64,000 nt of DNA. It comes from a bacterium. Its GTDB lineage: Bacteria; Electryoneota; JAOADG01. A program made the translations under genes and the position numbers. Below the pieces are notes generated by a model. That model worked only from the letters and a program-made list of their open reading frames with translations. It searched no databases and was not told the DNA's origin. The stretch is taken from NCBI GenBank assembly GCA_963681965.1, contig OY820579.1, forward strand, positions 2,880,001 through 2,944,000, in the 5' to 3' direction. Shown here piece after piece: positions 60,136 through 64,000 of the stretch (position 1 is its first letter; each line of letters opens with the position of its first letter).

Positions 60136-62721
60136 CTACCGTTTTACTTGTGGTATTCCCTCGTCATCAATGGTTTCTTTTACCCAATCCGGAGCTACCA
60201 ACATAATTTCACCGGGTTTGGTATTCTTCACTGCATACGATGTCCGGATTGCTTCGCACATCGGTTCGGGAAGAACAGTCATCATTGCATTTTGTAATTC
60301 CAATGCTAATCGAATACCCATCGGTTCTGGATAAACCAGGATGTCGGGTTTTTGATCGCTGCCGATTTTGGCTTTGGCTTTGGCAATCTCAATCGCTAAT
60401 TCAAGACCACCAAGCGTATCGACAAGACCATTCTTTCGACCTTGCATGCCGGTCCAAACACGACCGTTGCCGATCGAATCAACAGATTCCCATTTCATCT
60501 TCCTACTGTCAGCGACTTTCTGAACGAATTCGCGATAGAAGTATTTAATCTGCCGCTCGACCAACGAACGTTCTTCAGGAGTATGCTTGCGGAATAGATT
60601 AAACATACCTGCATGTTTTCCAAATTTGATCTCTTCGTAATTCGAGCCAATTTTGTAAAGAGTGCTGTCAAGAACCGGTCTCATCGAGAATACACCGATC
60701 GATCCAGTGATCGAACCTTCCTCGGAAACAATTGTCGAACCTGGCGTTGCGATATAGTAACCACCCGAGGCAGCAACATCGGAAAATGAAACTACTACCG
60801 GTTTGATATTATTGGTATCATCTCGGCAAAGCATCAATTCTCGCCACATTTCATCCGAAGCAAAACCACTTCCACCGGGACTGTCGACGCGCAACACGAT
60901 TGCTTTCACTTGCTTGTCGTTGCGAGCTTCGCGAATAGCGCGAACCATCGTTTCACTTCCCATCGATCGACCGGACAACAAACTGCTACCGGAGTTTCCC
61001 GATGTAATCGTGCCTACTGCATAAATGACGGCAACTTTCGGTTCCAGTGGACGATCCCAACGCGGATCGACTTCCGAGTCCATAAAATAGAAGCCTGCTG
61101 AAATCAAGCGAAGATCGTGTCCAGTCGAAAAATTGAACAATTTCTTCTGATCGGATTCCTTCTTACCGGTAAACATTTCCTTGAATTTTTTGTCGACTTC
61201 GTCGGGATACATCGTACCGTCGATCAATTTTGCAGCTAATGCTTCTTTCGCATTGTACGGACCATTGTCGATCTTGGCTTTGACGGTATCGACACTCCAG
61301 CCCCGATATCGGGCAATGCGTTCGGTAAATTGACGATACAGATCACCAACCAACCATTCACGTTGTGCACGATCCTGATCGGTCATATGCTTTTCGGTAA
61401 ACATATTCGGAGCAGTTTTGTGTGGACCACTGGCTTCAACTTCCATTTCCACACCAAGCTTGTCTAATGTGCCTCTGACATAGAGACTACCTGAGGCATA
61501 GCCAACCAAGTAGACGTCGCCTTCAGGGTGAACATAAATCTTGTCTGCCATTGATGCGAGCATGTAGCTGCCGTTGCTTAACGATTTGCTGTAAACATAC
61601 AATTTCTTGCCAGCCTGCTTGAATTTATCGAATTCGCGCATAATCGCTTGCATTTTTGCCGCACCGATCGAGATACCATCGACATAAAGAATGACTGCTT
61701 TCACATCCTTATCGTTGGTTAAGCGACGAATCTTCTTGAGGAATTTTTCTAGTTCTGGATTCCGCGAGGCAAAGAAACTGAACGGAGCCATCTGTTCATC
61801 CAGCGCAGACGGCATTTTCATAGTAACGATTTTGGGTTGTTCGGGGAATTTCAATGAAAGCAGACCGTCACTCTCGAAGAGATAAGTTGTCAAACCACCC
61901 TGCATCTTACTATCGGCATTTCGGACGTTATGAGCAACTTGCGAGTGATTTGTCGCAAAGCCGATTCCTACTCGGGTTTCTTTCGGTTCGGCAGCATATT
62001 GTGCTTGAAGTTTGATGCCGTCAATGGGTTCAACTTCAATAAAATATCGTGGATCTAACTTGTCACCGTATTTGATTTTCTTGGTAGTCGTAGTCGAATC
62101 ACGTTCGTATAACGACACATCGGCACCAACCGTAACGCGATGTCCGTGCTTCCAAGAGGAGATTGCCAAAGGTCTAAAACTAAGTCCTAAATCGAAAATC
62201 GATTTGGTTTTCTCGGAACCGATGCGAGGTTCATTCACATTTCGCGCAACTGCGCCAAATGATAACCACGAATAGGGACGTGCCAGCATACCAATCGACC
62301 AGGCATTTTGCTGATCTATTCCGGTTGAATATTGATAGCGCGTTCCAAAATAGAAACCGTCGCCCATCTCCCATCCTAATCCCCAGTTGTAAATGGCGGC
62401 TTTGGACATTCCGGATGGTACTTCGTTGATATATTCGGCAGAATAAGCCAATCCGCTTATTCGAGCACCGAAACCACCATCTTTTACATAATCCTTGTTA
62501 TTCGTGGCACGCATATACATCAAACCGACACCATCATATACGCCAATCGCTGCAGGATTGCCCCACAACGCCATTAAACCATCGGTTGAGGAAATAGTTG
62601 TGATCGGGTGCGATCGAATACCAATTCCATCATTGTAGGGACTTCCATAGACAGGTGACGTTTGTGCAAACGTCAGTGTCGTCAGAAGTAATAATAGGAG
62701 AAGCAATGCGACATTCTTCAT
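60136..62721 (-). CDS. sppA: Signal peptide peptidase SppA (67K type, S49) with an N-terminal beta-barrel-like extension
   Basis: Tandem S49 domains: G.HK.A lysine, LRVDSPGGS, AASGGYY, TGSIGV and GRVWTG...GLVD.LGG. Signal peptide and ~290-aa amphipathic beta-rich N-terminus. Confidence 0.88.
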   Translation of the reverse strand: MKNVALLLLLLLLTTLTFAQTSPVYGSPYNDGIGIRSHPITTISSTDGLMALWGNPAAIGVYDGVGLMYMRATNNKDYVKDGGFGARISGLAYSAEYINEVPSGMSKAAIYNWGLGWEMGDGFYFGTRYQYSTGIDQQNAWSIGMLARPYSWLSFGAVARNVNEPRIGSEKTKSIFDLGLSFRPLAISSWKHGHRVTVGADVSLYERDSTTTTKKIKYGDKLDPRYFIEVEPIDGIKLQAQYAAEPKETRVGIGFATNHSQVAHNVRNADSKMQGGLTTYLFESDGLLSLKFPEQPKIVTMKMPSALDEQMAPFSFFASRNPELEKFLKKIRRLTNDKDVKAVILYVDGISIGAAKMQAIMREFDKFKQAGKKLYVYSKSLSNGSYMLASMADKIYVHPEGDVYLVGYASGSLYVRGTLDKLGVEMEVEASGPHKTAPNMFTEKHMTDQDRAQREWLVGDLYRQFTERIARYRGWSVDTVKAKIDNGPYNAKEALAAKLIDGTMYPDEVDKKFKEMFTGKKESDQKKLFNFSTGHDLRLISAGFYFMDSEVDPRWDRPLEPKVAVIYAVGTITSGNSGSSLLSGRSMGSETMVRAIREARNDKQVKAIVLRVDSPGGSGFASDEMWRELMLCRDDTNNIKPVVVSFSDVAASGGYYIATPGSTIVSEEGSITGSIGVFSMRPVLDSTLYKIGSNYEEIKFGKHAGMFNLFRKHTPEERSLVERQIKYFYREFVQKVADSRKMKWESVDSIGNGRVWTGMQGRKNGLVDTLGGLELAIEIAKAKAKIGSDQKPDILVYPEPMGIRLALELQNAMMTVLPEPMCEAIRTSYAVKNTKPGEIMLVAPDWVKETIDDEGIPQVKR

Positions 62722-62887
62722 AATAACCTCTAGGTTGATCCGCTTCGTGACTTGAAATAATCCAAAATTGATGCAAGCAACTAGTATGATACTTCGAGGT
62801 GGAAAGAGGTTGCAGTGAGTATGAAAGCGAAGCAGAATGACAACTAGCAGAGTGTTATTAGATTGATTAAATCTAAGTAATTTGATT

Positions 62888-63787
62888 TTAGAACAGACGT
62901 GCTCGACAAGAGAGGTAGTGCATCAATGCAATATCGTAACTGGTATCGGTCGTCATTCTGACAATCTCGATCCCCCGATTGAGGGCTTCCCGCTGTAATT
63001 TCCCGAAAAACTCCGCAACCGTAGTTTGAACGGCACTCGCAACATGGCGCGGACGTGTTACGATCTCTTCGCTGGTTTCCATATCGACAAATCGACCGTC
63101 TTTGGGAAATGCAAACGATAGTTCCCATGGATCCAGAATATGAAAGACTAGCACTTCGTGACCATTATGGCGGAAATGCGCCAGACCTTTCCAGAGTTCG
63201 TCCGGATCGTCCAAGAGATCGGAAAGCACGATTACCAATCCGCGACGGTGAATCATTTCTGCAACTTGATGTAGCAGTGGACCCATGTCCGTCTCGCCAC
63301 CGGTATCCACTTGATCGAGAATAGAGTGAAGTACTGTCAAGTGACTTTGCGTAGATCGAGCAGGAATTACCTCGCGGATTTCCGAATCAAACCGAACCAG
63401 TCCTACAGCATCGCGTTGGCGTAACATTAAAAAAGCCAACGCGCCTGCTAAATCGCAAGCATATTGAAATTTGCTTATTCCTTTGGAGGCTGGTGATGAA
63501 AACGCCATCGAACCGGAGCAATCCAACATAATGGTAGCACGAAGGTTGGTTTCTTCTTGAAATTCCTTTACTACTAGACGTTCGCTTCGGGCATATCCCT
63601 TCCAGTCGATGCTGCGTAAAGAATCACCGGGGTGATATTGTCGGTGTTGTGCAAACTCGGCTGAGAAACCGTGATAGGGTGATTTGTGTAAACCCGTTAG
63701 AAAACCTTCAACGACGTATCGTGCACGAAGCTGAATGTTTTCCAGCCTTCTAACGATTTCCGGGCGAAGTGTTTCGCGTAAATTCAT
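62888..63787 (-). CDS. DUF58 / vWA domain protein
   Basis: G.H.SP..G.S.EF..HR.Y.PGD..R.IDWK, LD.SGSM and VLSDL motifs. Confidence 0.92.
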   Translation of the reverse strand: MNLRETLRPEIVRRLENIQLRARYVVEGFLTGLHKSPYHGFSAEFAQHRQYHPGDSLRSIDWKGYARSERLVVKEFQEETNLRATIMLDCSGSMAFSSPASKGISKFQYACDLAGALAFLMLRQRDAVGLVRFDSEIREVIPARSTQSHLTVLHSILDQVDTGGETDMGPLLHQVAEMIHRRGLVIVLSDLLDDPDELWKGLAHFRHNGHEVLVFHILDPWELSFAFPKDGRFVDMETSEEIVTRPRHVASAVQTTVAEFFGKLQREALNRGIEIVRMTTDTSYDIALMHYLSCRARLF

Positions 63788-63845
63788 TCTGACTTTCTCA
63801 CAACCGAGCTTTCATTAATTGTACAATACTCTCTTTATATGGATA

Positions 63846-63867
63846 AGGGCGGAAACAGTTCCGCCCT
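63846..63867 (-). terminator. Hairpin, probable terminator
   Basis: AGGGCGGAA-ACAG-TTCCGCCCT. Confidence 0.55.
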
Positions 63868-63895
63868 CATCTTCACTTAAGTGATTTCAAAATCA

Positions 63896-64000
63896 TCAAT
63901 TTGTGACGCTGGGAATACTATTGAGTAAGCGATTCAACACGGCGTTAATTTTAAAGAAAGTGGATGTTGATAGCAACGCCTGATGTGCCGAATCGGGATT
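63896..64000 (-). CDS. Possible 3' end of a gene entering from the right edge
   Basis: Open frame ...NPDSAHQALLSTSTFFKINAVLNRLLNSIPSVTN* ends just before a terminator-like hairpin; the frame is uncertain. Confidence 0.35.
   Translation of the reverse strand, partial: NPDSAHQALLSTSTFFKINAVLNRLLNSIPSVTN

Noticed and set aside
554-63324. Numerous 60-200 aa ORFs overlapping or antisense to the long genes
   Set aside because: They are shadow frames of well-supported CDSs with no motifs or RBS support.

Overview
Bacterial chromosomal window, probably from a non-Bacteroidota member of the FCB group. This rests on a short RpoD without region 1.1, YPNPFN-type C-terminal secretion domains and a Bacteroidota-like L33, alongside clear Shine-Dalgarno sites and TTGACA-type promoters. 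The left ~6.6 kb is the end of an integrated island. It contains a tRNA-Pro(GGG) cut off after its anticodon arm, a tyrosine integrase, and a structured ~170-nt leader with terminator/antiterminator potential. These are followed by an operon of two uncharacterised genes, a type I restriction HsdR and a further gene running off the window. The rest is mostly core or accessory chromosome: an aminotransferase, FNR, 5'-nucleotidase, rpmG plus a zinc-ribbon neighbour, trmJ, rpoD, secG-tRNA-Leu, ettA, thyX, sua5 and sppA. It also has two giant repeat-rich secreted proteins and a TonB-dependent receptor-YfiR-chemoreceptor cluster followed by a second paralogous chemoreceptor. No CRISPR array, rRNA, IS transposase or reverse transcriptase was seen. 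All family calls come from motif recognition by eye, not database searches. The best leads are the TBDR-YfiR-MCP trans-envelope signalling module and the tRNA-disrupting defence island with its RNA leader.
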